Below are positions 10,355 to 18,846 of a stretch of 32,000 nt of DNA, piece by piece. How positions within the stretch are numbered: the first letter of the stretch is position 1; every line of letters begins with the position of its first letter. The notes beneath the pieces are model-generated. The model searched no databases and was not told where the DNA came from. It worked only from the letters and a program-made list of their open reading frames with translations. The DNA comes from Microcystis aeruginosa NIES-843. GTDB lineage: Bacteria; Cyanobacteriota; Cyanobacteriia; Cyanobacteriales; Microcystaceae. Location of the stretch: NCBI RefSeq assembly GCF_000010625.1, contig NC_010296.1:180001-212000 (forward strand), in the 5' to 3' direction. A program made the position numbers and the translations under genes.

Positions 10355-12100
10355 TCAATCTTGAGCAGGGGATGATGGGGGTGGGTTACGATGATGAAAC
10401 GCCTCGATCGCTTCCTCTAGGGTTGGATAAATACGTTCGGTCGAGATCGTCTCGGATAGGTCTCCTTTTTTTAATTGCTGATATAAATCTTGCTTCACCC
10501 GCGCCATGGCAAAAGTAATACCACTACCGATTAATTCTCGATGTAATTCTTTCAACATATCGACCGCCGTAATATCGATATCTAGAATCGCTTCGGCGTT
10601 GAGAACGAACCACTCGACGGGGACTTTCTCCGCCTCGATCGCCGCTATTACCCGTTTCCGAAAATTCTCGGCGTTGGCGAAACAGAGGGGCGCGTCGTAA
10701 CGGTAGAGAACCAATCCGGGGATCGTCGTTGCGCCCTGCCAATCCTCGATGTCGTGCAGGCCCGCGAGATTCGGCACTTCCCCCAAAACCGCATCGTGTG
10801 GTCGCATCAGCCGCGTGAACAGATCGACCACCGATAACCCCACGGCAACGCCCACCCCGACGAGGATATCGGTGGCCAGGACACCGAACATGGTGACGAG
10901 TGCCAATCGGAACTCACTGGTTTTGAAACAACGCAGACGGTTGAACTCCGATATCTCGATCAGACGGAGCGCGGCGTAAATCACGATCGCCCCCAGGGCC
11001 GGTTTCGGAAACAGGGATAGTAGCGGACGTAAGAACAAGAGTACCAAAATCACGATCAGAAAAGCCACGAGGGAAAACAGTTGCGATCGACTGCCCAGAG
11101 AATCGCCGATCGCCGTGCGACTGCCGCTACTGCTGACGGGAAAGCCTTGCATGATGCCGTTACCGATATTCACCGCTCCCAGGGCGAGTAATTCCTGATT
11201 GCCATCGATGCGATAGTTGTTTTTCGCCCCGAAGGCGCGGGCGGTCAAGACGTTATCGGAATAGCCAACGAGGGCGATACCGATGGCCGAGGAGAGTAAA
11301 TAGACGAGCTGCTGGGAAGAAAAACCTCTCGGTACTTTCAAACTCGGTAAACCGGCGGGAATTTCCCCGATCACGGCGATGCCTCGCTCGTTCAGATCGA
11401 ACAAATATACTGCCGATGTCGCCAGTAGAACCGCGAGTAAAGGGCCGGGGGCATTGGGAAAGCGACGTTGTACCACTAGCAGGAAAATTAGAACAGCGGC
11501 GGCGAGAATCAGAGTTGGTGGGTGAATCTCGGATAAATGTCCCGAAAATTCCCCGATCTGTCCGAAAAGCGATTCCGCTTTCAGTGACATCCCGCTAATT
11601 TTTCCCAACTGACCGACGATCATGATCACCGCTACTCCGGCCATGTAGCCGACGAGGATCGGTTTGGAGAGGAGATCGGCGAGAAACCCCAACCGGGCGA
11701 AAGCGGCGACGCAGCAGACGCTCCCCACGAGTAGGGCCAATAGACTGCACAGACTGGCGTAGTTGCTACTATCCCCGGCGACGAGGGGCATGATAGCGGC
11801 GGCGGTCATTACTGCCGTCGTCGATTCTGGCCCGACGGAGAGTTGTGGTGAGGAACCGAGCAGGGCATAGATGAGCAGCGGCGGTAGGATCGCCCATAAT
11901 CCGGCGATCGGTTGTACTCCGGCCAGTTCCGCATAGGCCAGACATTGGGGAACGAGATAGGCCGCCACGGTGATCCCCGCGATGACATCTCCCCGCAACC
12001 AGGCCGAGCGATAGGATCGCAGACGCTTTAACCCGGGTAGAGAAAACCGCTCCCTAGAAAAATTTAATCGAGTAGGCATCCTCATCTCTTCTCCTGTCAT
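10355..12100 (-). CDS. SulP-family anion permease with C-terminal STAS domain
   Basis: ORF track, 581 aa. It has the N-terminal SulP signature region (LRGDVIAGITVAAYLVPQCLAYAELAGVQPIAGLWA), about 10-12 hydrophobic segments and a C-terminal STAS domain (VLYRYDAPLCFANAENF...ILDIDITAVDML.EL...L...GI.FAMARV). It is not BicA-like at the N-terminus. Confidence 0.85.
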   Translation of the reverse strand: MTGEEMRMPTRLNFSRERFSLPGLKRLRSYRSAWLRGDVIAGITVAAYLVPQCLAYAELAGVQPIAGLWAILPPLLIYALLGSSPQLSVGPESTTAVMTAAAIMPLVAGDSSNYASLCSLLALLVGSVCCVAAFARLGFLADLLSKPILVGYMAGVAVIMIVGQLGKISGMSLKAESLFGQIGEFSGHLSEIHPPTLILAAAVLIFLLVVQRRFPNAPGPLLAVLLATSAVYLFDLNERGIAVIGEIPAGLPSLKVPRGFSSQQLVYLLSSAIGIALVGYSDNVLTARAFGAKNNYRIDGNQELLALGAVNIGNGIMQGFPVSSSGSRTAIGDSLGSRSQLFSLVAFLIVILVLLFLRPLLSLFPKPALGAIVIYAALRLIEISEFNRLRCFKTSEFRLALVTMFGVLATDILVGVGVAVGLSVVDLFTRLMRPHDAVLGEVPNLAGLHDIEDWQGATTIPGLVLYRYDAPLCFANAENFRKRVIAAIEAEKVPVEWFVLNAEAILDIDITAVDMLKELHRELIGSGITFAMARVKQDLYQQLKKGDLSETISTERIYPTLEEAIEAFHHRNPPPSSPAQD

Positions 12101-12293
12101 CGAAGTTCCTGTTGTGGGAATATTGGTGGCAAGAAAGCGTTAAATATCCGTGAGTGGGAATGTCTTTTTTGCGGGACTTTCCCTTCAAAAGCGACCTCGA
12201 CCTTTAGCCCTGGCGGAAAACTTTCCTGTCGGCGAGCGATCGCGTTTTTCCTCGCCTCTCCAGAGGGTTATCAATAAAAGCGATCGCTATTTA

Positions 12294-12506
12294 GGGTTGG
12301 CTGAAAAAGTTTTTCCTGGGGGCAGGGTGTGGGGTGTAGGGTGTAGGGTGTAGGGTTTTAGCGATTTTGAGGGGGTCAATTACCTAATTTTCAGGGAAAA
12401 AGTCCCGGAATTTTCCACCCGATCACTCCGGGATCTGGCACTTTTTGGTTTCCAAAAAGTCTAAAAGTCTTACCCAACAAGGTTTTTAGATTTATTCAGC
12501 CAGCCC
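12294..12506. mobile_element. ~213-bp MITE-like element, copy B
   Basis: The terminal inverted repeats are GGGTTGGCTGAAAAAG... and ...GATTTATTCAGCCAGCCC. It contains (GGGTGTA)n and is flanked by the 6-bp direct repeat TATTTA at 12288-12293 and 12507-12512. It is the reverse complement of copy A. Confidence 0.7.
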
Positions 12507-12967
12507 TATTTACAGGCCATTACCGCGATCGTGTAGGCGTTATTATTCATGCCGTTAATATTAAAATTAATCTGATAGGGCTGTCTACCCGTGGGTGATT
12601 GGAAGGGTAAAGAATAGGTTTCGCCCCGTTTCATTTCGACATTTTTCTGGAAGGCGCTATTGACTGAATTATCGGGATATTTGAGATTGATCGTCACTCC
12701 GTATTTGCCATCGTTTTCGGGAACCATTACCCCTTTAAAAGAGGCGAATTTCACCCCGGAGGGAACGGCGAAATCGGTGTTAAAGTTATTCTTTCCTATG
12801 GCATCGATCTGTTTGCGGATATGGGTCTGATTAGTGGCTACTTCCTTGAGGTACTGACAGTTTTTCGGAAGTTCGGTAGCCTGATCTTTGGTACTGGCGA
12901 CAACGGCCATCGAGGTCAGTCCGAGGATTAAACCAGCCCAGAGAAAGCTGAAAGTTTTTGTCAACAT
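12506..12967 (-). CDS. hypothetical secreted protein (signal peptide), family not recognised
   Basis: ORF track, 153 aa. MLTKTFSFLWAGLILGLTSMAVVAS looks like a signal peptide. The rest has a beta-rich composition. The stop codon abuts the MITE border. Confidence 0.5.
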   Translation of the reverse strand: MLTKTFSFLWAGLILGLTSMAVVASTKDQATELPKNCQYLKEVATNQTHIRKQIDAIGKNNFNTDFAVPSGVKFASFKGVMVPENDGKYGVTINLKYPDNSVNSAFQKNVEMKRGETYSLPFQSPTGRQPYQINFNINGMNNNAYTIAVMACK

Positions 12968-13320
12968 GATAGTTTTTCCCGTTAAGTTTTTCTAAAATTG
13001 GCTCTTCGGGGACGATTAAAGATAATTAAGCCTTAATTGTCCCGCCTTGACTTTTTCCGTGACCAAAGTTCTCACTAATTCTAATTTTTGGGGCCGGACT
13101 TGGTCATTATCGCTCGCAGTGGAGCGAGTTCTCCTGTTTCTTCTGGGGTTAATTTTTGTGCGTCAACCCGTGAGATGTTCAGAGAATTGCTCCTCGTTTT
13201 TACTCTCCGAACCAAGCACAAACCGCTCACATACCCAAGAAAGCTAGGATTCAATATTTACCTTAAATGTCGGTTTGAAGGAACTCTCGGTTTCACCGAC
13301 GAGATGAAAAACCGACCAGT

Positions 13321-13640
13321 TTGACATCCTCACCGCCGTAAACGAGCGGTGATTCCTCACCACGCCACCTTTTTAGGATGGTCGTTGAATGGGGTTGACG
13401 CTTCACAGGATACTGCTACCTTAGCGGTAGTCTTATGCCTTCCGACCCGTCCATTTAAAGTCGAACGTATGTCCTCCGGCGACCAATACTTTTTTGGGTT
13501 TGTACATACCGACCTAGGTTACGTTTTGCCTCTAGCATGGGGTTTCCAGCGGCCGTCAGCTTCCCCTTACTCATCCTCAACCCGTTGCAGGACTTTCAAC
13601 CTAGTATGTTTATTGGAGGAGTATCTATGATAGGGCGGGT
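13321..13640 (-). pseudogene. decayed tnpB 3' remnant plus omega-RNA-like terminal hairpin and GTCAA right end of an IS200/IS605-family element
   Basis: The minus strand reads ...GGTGAGGAATCACCGCtcgtttacGGCGGTGAGGATGTCAA, ending at 13321. The intact tnpB element ends with the same architecture (GGGAATCCCgaagcgcttgagtgcgatGGGAGCGTCAA at 16925). Upstream minus-strand frames give broken TnpB-tail-like peptides (VLVAGGHTFDF..., GKLTAAGNPMLEAKRNLG, compare D.D.NAA.NIL). No intact ORF remains. Confidence 0.4.
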
Positions 13641-13670
13641 TTTTTAGACCACTAGAATCCTAACACAAAG

Positions 13671-13694
13671 CCGTCCTAAAAGGACGGGGTTTTC
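13671..13694. terminator. hairpin CCGTCC-taaaa-GGACGG followed by GGTTTTC; possible terminator downstream of tnpA
   Basis: A perfect 6-bp stem is read directly. There is a T-run on the plus strand and a weaker cTTTgTgTT on the minus strand. It lies about 100 nt downstream of the tnpA stop. Confidence 0.35.
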
Positions 13695-13720
13695 AACCCA
13701 AATTTTCGATAAAACAGCAC

Positions 13721-13779
13721 TTCGACACATTTCGACACATTTCGACAGGCTCAATGTAAAGGCTCAATGTAAAGGCTCA
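13721..13779. repeat. two adjacent short tandem repeats: (TTCGACACAT) about 2.7 copies and (GGCTCAATGTAAA) about 2.5 copies
   Basis: Read directly: ttcgacacatttcgacacatttcgaca then ggctcaatgtaaaggctcaatgtaaaggctca. They sit immediately 3' of the tnpA stop. Confidence 0.8.
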
Positions 13780-13795
13780 GTGAGACGAAGCACAG

Positions 13796-14215
13796 CTAAT
13801 ATTCAGGGGAATCCTGATTCTCTACATATTTCTTAAGTTGGTCTATTGTGACACCGCCACAACTAGCCACAAAATATGCCCCTGTCCACAAAATTCTCTT
13901 ATCTTGACCATATATCTCTTTCAAGTGGTCTGAAAAGTTATCCCACATCAGCTGGCAAGAAGTTGATTTTAAGTTAGCGATTAGACTACTTAACAGCTTA
14001 TGGGGTGGGTAAGTCAGAAGGATATGGATATGGTCTGATTCTCCGTTAATCTCTATTACCTTCGCCTTCCATTTCTCAGCTATGTTTTGAAAAACTATTC
14101 TCAAAAACTCTAAATGCTTTTTCTGGAATACCTTTCGGCGATATTTTGTCACAAGAACTATATGTACGGTGAGTTTAAAGATAGCTCTACGAGTCTTAAA
14201 ATAATTAGCCTTCAT
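13796..14215 (-). CDS. tnpA: IS200/IS605-family Y1 (HUH) transposase TnpA
   Basis: ORF track, 139 aa. It has the HUH motif SDHIHILL, LVTKYRRKVF and the C-terminal catalytic Tyr region WTGAYFVASCGGVT. Confidence 0.9.
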   Translation of the reverse strand: MKANYFKTRRAIFKLTVHIVLVTKYRRKVFQKKHLEFLRIVFQNIAEKWKAKVIEINGESDHIHILLTYPPHKLLSSLIANLKSTSCQLMWDNFSDHLKEIYGQDKRILWTGAYFVASCGGVTIDQLKKYVENQDSPEY

Positions 14216-14411
14216 GCTATTGACACTTTTTACAATGAATTACTATACTCATAATATAAGTGGGTGGGTGGAATTAAATATAAGATGAACGTAGCGATTG
14301 TCTTAAAAGTCAAGGGGAATAAAGAAAATCTTTTGTACCCCAAATAGGCAAGACAAAGTAACGGCACCAGTCATCCGTTTTGTCAGCGATGAAATTGTTC
14401 GGAAAACTGGA

Positions 14412-15348
<937 letters not shown>

Positions 15349-15560
15349 CGTTTATGCTGGGGTTAAGTTATTTTGTCCCTTTGGTAACTCGTCCTTGCGA
15401 ATACGAGGTTAATCCTCCAGCGATTGTTCGAGCTTGTCTCATCGGGATGACGGCGTGGCTCCGGTGGCTACCCAACGGTGTCAAGCACCTCGGTTGAACT
15501 GGATGTCCACGCCCTTTTTCAGAATATAGGCACCCAAGCTACAAAGCGGTATTTTTTACC
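15349..15560 (-). ncRNA. candidate bridge RNA in the 5' non-coding end of the IS110 element
   Basis: The call rests on position (directly upstream of an IS110-group recombinase) and visible structure on the minus strand. GGCGTGG...CCACGCC encloses about 50 nt and a CTCGT-attcgcaagg-ACGAG hairpin follows. No covariation evidence is available. Confidence 0.25.
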
Positions 15561-15702
15561 TAGGTTGGGACGGGTTGCCTACTTCTCAAGATACAAGGTT
15601 GGGTTGAAGCATGAAACCCAACGCCTGCTCATGTTACGCTACCGCTAACCCATCCTACAAATAATTGTGCCTCCCTACTTAACACATTGAGAGGTCGAAT
15701 CG

Positions 15703-16884
15703 ATGCGAGTCATAGAGTTTAAGTTAAAAACCAATTCACACCAGAAAATAGCCATTCAAGAGGCTATCAGGGTGGGACAGTTTATTCGGAACAAATGTCT
15801 AAGATTTTGGATGGACTCTACCAAAGAAGATCAGGTTAACTATGGTACTTTGTGTAAATTAACTACAGAATTAGCTAACAGTTCTGAATTTTCTTTTGTT
15901 GGTAAACTCAACTCTATGGCTCGTCAAGCAAGTGCCGAAAGAGCTTGGTTTTCTATATCCCGTTTCTACGACAATTGTCAAAGGGGTTTGGCAAAAAAAG
16001 GCTATCCCAAATTCAAAAAGTTTTCAAGGTCTGTCGAGTACAAAACTTCTGGTTGGAAACTAACAGAAGACAAAAAGTTTATCCACATCACGGATAAAAC
16101 AGGGATAGGAAAATTAAAGCTAATCGGTACTTTTAACCGTGAGATTCTCGATAAATCTACTATCAAAAGAGTCAGGCTTATTAAACGAGCCGATGGCTTT
16201 TATTGTCAATTTGTCTTAGACATTGAGAGAGTAGAAACCTTTGACTCTACAGGAAAAGAAGTAGGGATTGATTTAGGTTTAAACCATTTCTTAACTGACT
16301 CTAATGGGGATAAAATTGATAACCCACGGTTTCTTCGTAAGTCGGAAAAAAGACTAAAAAAGGCTCAACGTAAACTCTCAAAAAAGAAAAAGGGAAGCCA
16401 AAAAAGATTAAAACAGAAATCTAAAGTAGCTCGCCTTCATCTAAAAGTTTCTAGACAGCGTAAAGATTTTGCCGTCAAGACAGCAAAAGCGTTAATCCAA
16501 TCTAACGATTTGGTAGTCTATGAGGACTTGAAGGTATCTAATATGGTGAAAAATCCTAAGCTTGCTAAATCTATTTCAGATGCAAGTTGGTCAATGTTCA
16601 CCGATTGGTTAGACTACTTTGGGAAAATACACGGGAAGTTTGTGGTAGCGGTAAATCCACAATATACTAGCCAACAATGTTCTAGTTGTGGTAATATTGT
16701 CAAGAAAACATTATCTGTAAGAACTCATGTTTGTTCTTGTGGGTGTGTCTTGGATAGAGACGAAAACGCCGCTATAAACATTCTCGCACGGGCAAATACT
16801 GTCGGGCGGACAGAAATTCAAGCCCTCGGACAGACTACCCACTGTCTATTAAGTGAAAGCTTAGTAGATCAGGTAACTGGATGA
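15703..16884 (+). CDS. tnpB: TnpB (IS200/IS605 OrfB, IS1341-type RNA-guided endonuclease), apparently intact
   Basis: ORF track, 393 aa. RuvC triad candidates are GIDLGLNHF, VVYEDLKVSNM and LDRDENAAINIL. The zinc finger is CSSCG...CSCGC. A GAGAGG ribosome-binding site lies upstream. Confidence 0.9.
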   Translation: MRVIEFKLKTNSHQKIAIQEAIRVGQFIRNKCLRFWMDSTKEDQVNYGTLCKLTTELANSSEFSFVGKLNSMARQASAERAWFSISRFYDNCQRGLAKKGYPKFKKFSRSVEYKTSGWKLTEDKKFIHITDKTGIGKLKLIGTFNREILDKSTIKRVRLIKRADGFYCQFVLDIERVETFDSTGKEVGIDLGLNHFLTDSNGDKIDNPRFLRKSEKRLKKAQRKLSKKKKGSQKRLKQKSKVARLHLKVSRQRKDFAVKTAKALIQSNDLVVYEDLKVSNMVKNPKLAKSISDASWSMFTDWLDYFGKIHGKFVVAVNPQYTSQQCSSCGNIVKKTLSVRTHVCSCGCVLDRDENAAINILARANTVGRTEIQALGQTTHCLLSESLVDQVTG

Positions 16885-16925
16885 ACAGGGAATCCCGAAG
16901 CGCTTGAGTGCGATGGGAGCGTCAA
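16740..16925 (+). ncRNA. candidate omega (re)RNA scaffold overlapping the tnpB 3' end, ending at the element right end ...GGGAGCGTCAA
   Basis: In established TnpB biology the guide-RNA scaffold spans the tnpB 3' end up to the right end. Here the terminal hairpin is GGGAATCCC...GGGA, followed by GCGTCAA at 16919-16925. IS608-type right ends finish in TCAA. The 5' limit is a guess. Confidence 0.35.
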
Positions 16926-17016
16926 TTAGGCAAGAAAATTTAGAAAGAAGATAGGAGATAAATAGCCTTAAAATTAATTAGCAGGAGGAAATATTACCAA
17001 TTAAAGGTTCGCTGCT

Positions 17017-17679
17017 ATGAAATTCCGTCAATTGATGCGGGCAACAGAAAATAAATACAATCGGCTGCTGGCAAATCTAGTCTTGCTCTACATTATTTAC
17101 CCATTTTTAGTATATCTACCCCTCGGAGATTTGCTAGTTTTCTTTTTCTTCTCCCTCTCTGTGATCATCGCCGTCTATCAGATCGATCGCAGTAAATTGG
17201 CTTTAAGATGTAATATCGGTCTGTTTCTAATTGCCCTCATCCTGCGAGTATTCGGCACGATTATCCCTATAAATAGGGATTTAACCGGTTGGTTCGATCT
17301 GTCTAGTACATTAATTTCTCTAGCTTTTATTAGTTTATGCGTGTACTCGATTTTACAAGAATTAATTCTCGCCGAACAGGTAACATCCGATATCATCAAA
17401 GGGGGAATTTGTGTCTATTTTCTCCTAGGATTTTTCTGGGCATCCGCTTATAGTATCGTCCAGATTTTTGAACCCGATTCCTTTAGCTCCGCCGCTAAAA
17501 CCGTCAACCAGGCGGATCTACTTCATTTCAGCTTTACTACCCTGGCCACGGTTGGTTACGGTGATATAGTTCCTACCAGTAAAGTCGCTAGAGTTTTAGC
17601 CAATTTAGAAGGAATGACTGGAGTTCTCTATCCCGCCGTTTTTATCGCTCGTTTAGTCAGTTTACACAATGGTCGTTAA
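17017..17679 (+). CDS. two-pore-helix type potassium channel protein
   Basis: ORF track, 220 aa. It has several TM helices and the selectivity filter TLATVGYGD. Confidence 0.8.
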   Translation: MKFRQLMRATENKYNRLLANLVLLYIIYPFLVYLPLGDLLVFFFFSLSVIIAVYQIDRSKLALRCNIGLFLIALILRVFGTIIPINRDLTGWFDLSSTLISLAFISLCVYSILQELILAEQVTSDIIKGGICVYFLLGFFWASAYSIVQIFEPDSFSSAAKTVNQADLLHFSFTTLATVGYGDIVPTSKVARVLANLEGMTGVLYPAVFIARLVSLHNGR

Positions 17680-17712
17680 CCAAAACAATCCAGCGCCTTG
17701 GGGGAATATTAG

Positions 17713-18489
17713 ATGATTATGCGTCGCTTTATGCCGATTCTTTCTTTACTTTTGCCTTGGGTCACTGCCGCAGGAGTCTTGGCGGAAATACCGACTCTAT
17801 CCCAGGAAATCCGCCCAAAAACGGCGGAACAGGTGATCGAGCAACTCTGTGCTAATTTAACCAAACAGCGATCGTTCACCGTCAATATGGATGTCACCTA
17901 TGACGATGTACTCGACTCCGGGGCGAAAGTTCAGTACAGTGCCTATCAAAACATCTGGGTAGAGAAACCCGATCGCCTGCGCTCGGACTACACTGGGGAT
18001 GAACGAGTTACCCGCTTTTTTTACGATGGTAAAACCTTCACCCTCGCGGATCTGGAACGGGATCTATACGTCACGAAACCGGCAGCGAATACTCTAGATG
18101 AAGCCTTAGACCAAGTAGAGCAAAGGTACGGAATCACTATTCCCATGTCCAATCTGGCAGCGAACGATCCCTGTGCAGATCTAATGGCCGATGTCGGGCA
18201 AATTATTTTTATCGGCAACAACATGGTCAATGGCGAACAAATGTATCACCTGCTGCTGATTGGTAGCGATCGCGATTATCAAATCTGGGTCACGCAGGAT
18301 GCCACCCCCCTACTGAGGAAAGCGATTATTACCTATAAAACTCTACCCGGTTCACCCCAGTACACGGCAATATTATCCGACTGGAATTTTAATCCCAGTA
18401 CACCCGCCGATACTTTCACTTTCCAACCGGGATCAGAGTCGATCCCTATCGAACTTCTACCCCCTAGGGATAATCAATCCCAGCCTTAA
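17713..18489 (+). CDS. DUF2092-like periplasmic (LolA-fold) protein
   Basis: ORF track, 258 aa. It has a signal peptide (MPILSLLLPWVTAAGVLA). KPDRLRSDYTGDERVTRFFYDGKTFTL and ITYKTLPGSPQYTA..SDWNF are recalled as DUF2092 blocks. Confidence 0.6.
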   Translation: MIMRRFMPILSLLLPWVTAAGVLAEIPTLSQEIRPKTAEQVIEQLCANLTKQRSFTVNMDVTYDDVLDSGAKVQYSAYQNIWVEKPDRLRSDYTGDERVTRFFYDGKTFTLADLERDLYVTKPAANTLDEALDQVEQRYGITIPMSNLAANDPCADLMADVGQIIFIGNNMVNGEQMYHLLLIGSDRDYQIWVTQDATPLLRKAIITYKTLPGSPQYTAILSDWNFNPSTPADTFTFQPGSESIPIELLPPRDNQSQP

Positions 18490-18580
18490 ACGCCGTTCAT
18501 AAAATGCGATCGCTTGTCGGTATTCCCCTAAATCAGCGTTTTGATATACTTTGAATATCTAACGAATTCGAGGTGGGATA

Positions 18581-18823
18581 ATGAAGTCGCAGATTGGACG
18601 CTGGGGTAATTCTTTAGCGATTCGGATTCCCAAGTATGCGGTGGAAGCACTAAACCTCAATCCCAATGACGTTGTTGAATGTTCTGTGGAAAACGGAAAG
18701 CTAGTAATTGAGCTAATTCAAGCCTTGCCTGAGTTAAGCCTAGAAGAACTACTGGCTGAGGTTGTTGAATCACCGGAGCCGGAAGTGGATTGGGGACGGC
18801 CAATGGGAGAGGAGGTTTGGTGA
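18581..18823 (+). CDS. AbrB/MazE/SpoVT-family antitoxin-like DNA-binding protein
   Basis: ORF track, 80 aa. It contains GRWGNSLAIRIPKYAVEALNLNPNDVVE..ENGKLVIE (swapped-hairpin barrel motif) and has a GAGGTGGG ribosome-binding site. Confidence 0.75.
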   Translation: MKSQIGRWGNSLAIRIPKYAVEALNLNPNDVVECSVENGKLVIELIQALPELSLEELLAEVVESPEPEVDWGRPMGEEVW

Positions 18824-18846
18824 CATACATTCTAAGGCGTTGCTGA
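18820..18846 (+). pseudogene. 8-codon stub of the cognate toxin gene (VapC/PIN-like start VTYIL...)
   Basis: A GTG overlaps the antitoxin stop (tGGTGA), the usual toxin-antitoxin coupling. It reads VTYILRRC then stops. The stop lies inside the left arm of the inverted repeat at 18836-18846. Confidence 0.3.

Noticed and set aside
10506-11598. Short ORFs inside and antisense to the SulP gene (10506..10700, 10524..10742, 10749..10979, 11416..11598)
   Set aside because: They are typical GC-rich shadow ORFs with Arg/Ser/Pro-rich peptides, and all lie within a well-supported transporter gene.
12101-12290. Possible riboswitch (ykkC/guanidine or similar) in the SulP 5' leader
   Set aside because: The minus strand has hairpins (GGCGAG...CTCGCC, GGAAAgttTTCC), but I could not match any conserved riboswitch core from memory.
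13000-13700. Group I intron (IStron-like; GTTCAGAGAATTG resembles the R element) or group II intron (GTGCG at 13166)
   Set aside because: I found no matching S element or P7 partner. There is no domain V-like AGC...GNRA hairpin and there are no flanking exons. The right half is better explained as a decayed tnpB/omega-RNA end.
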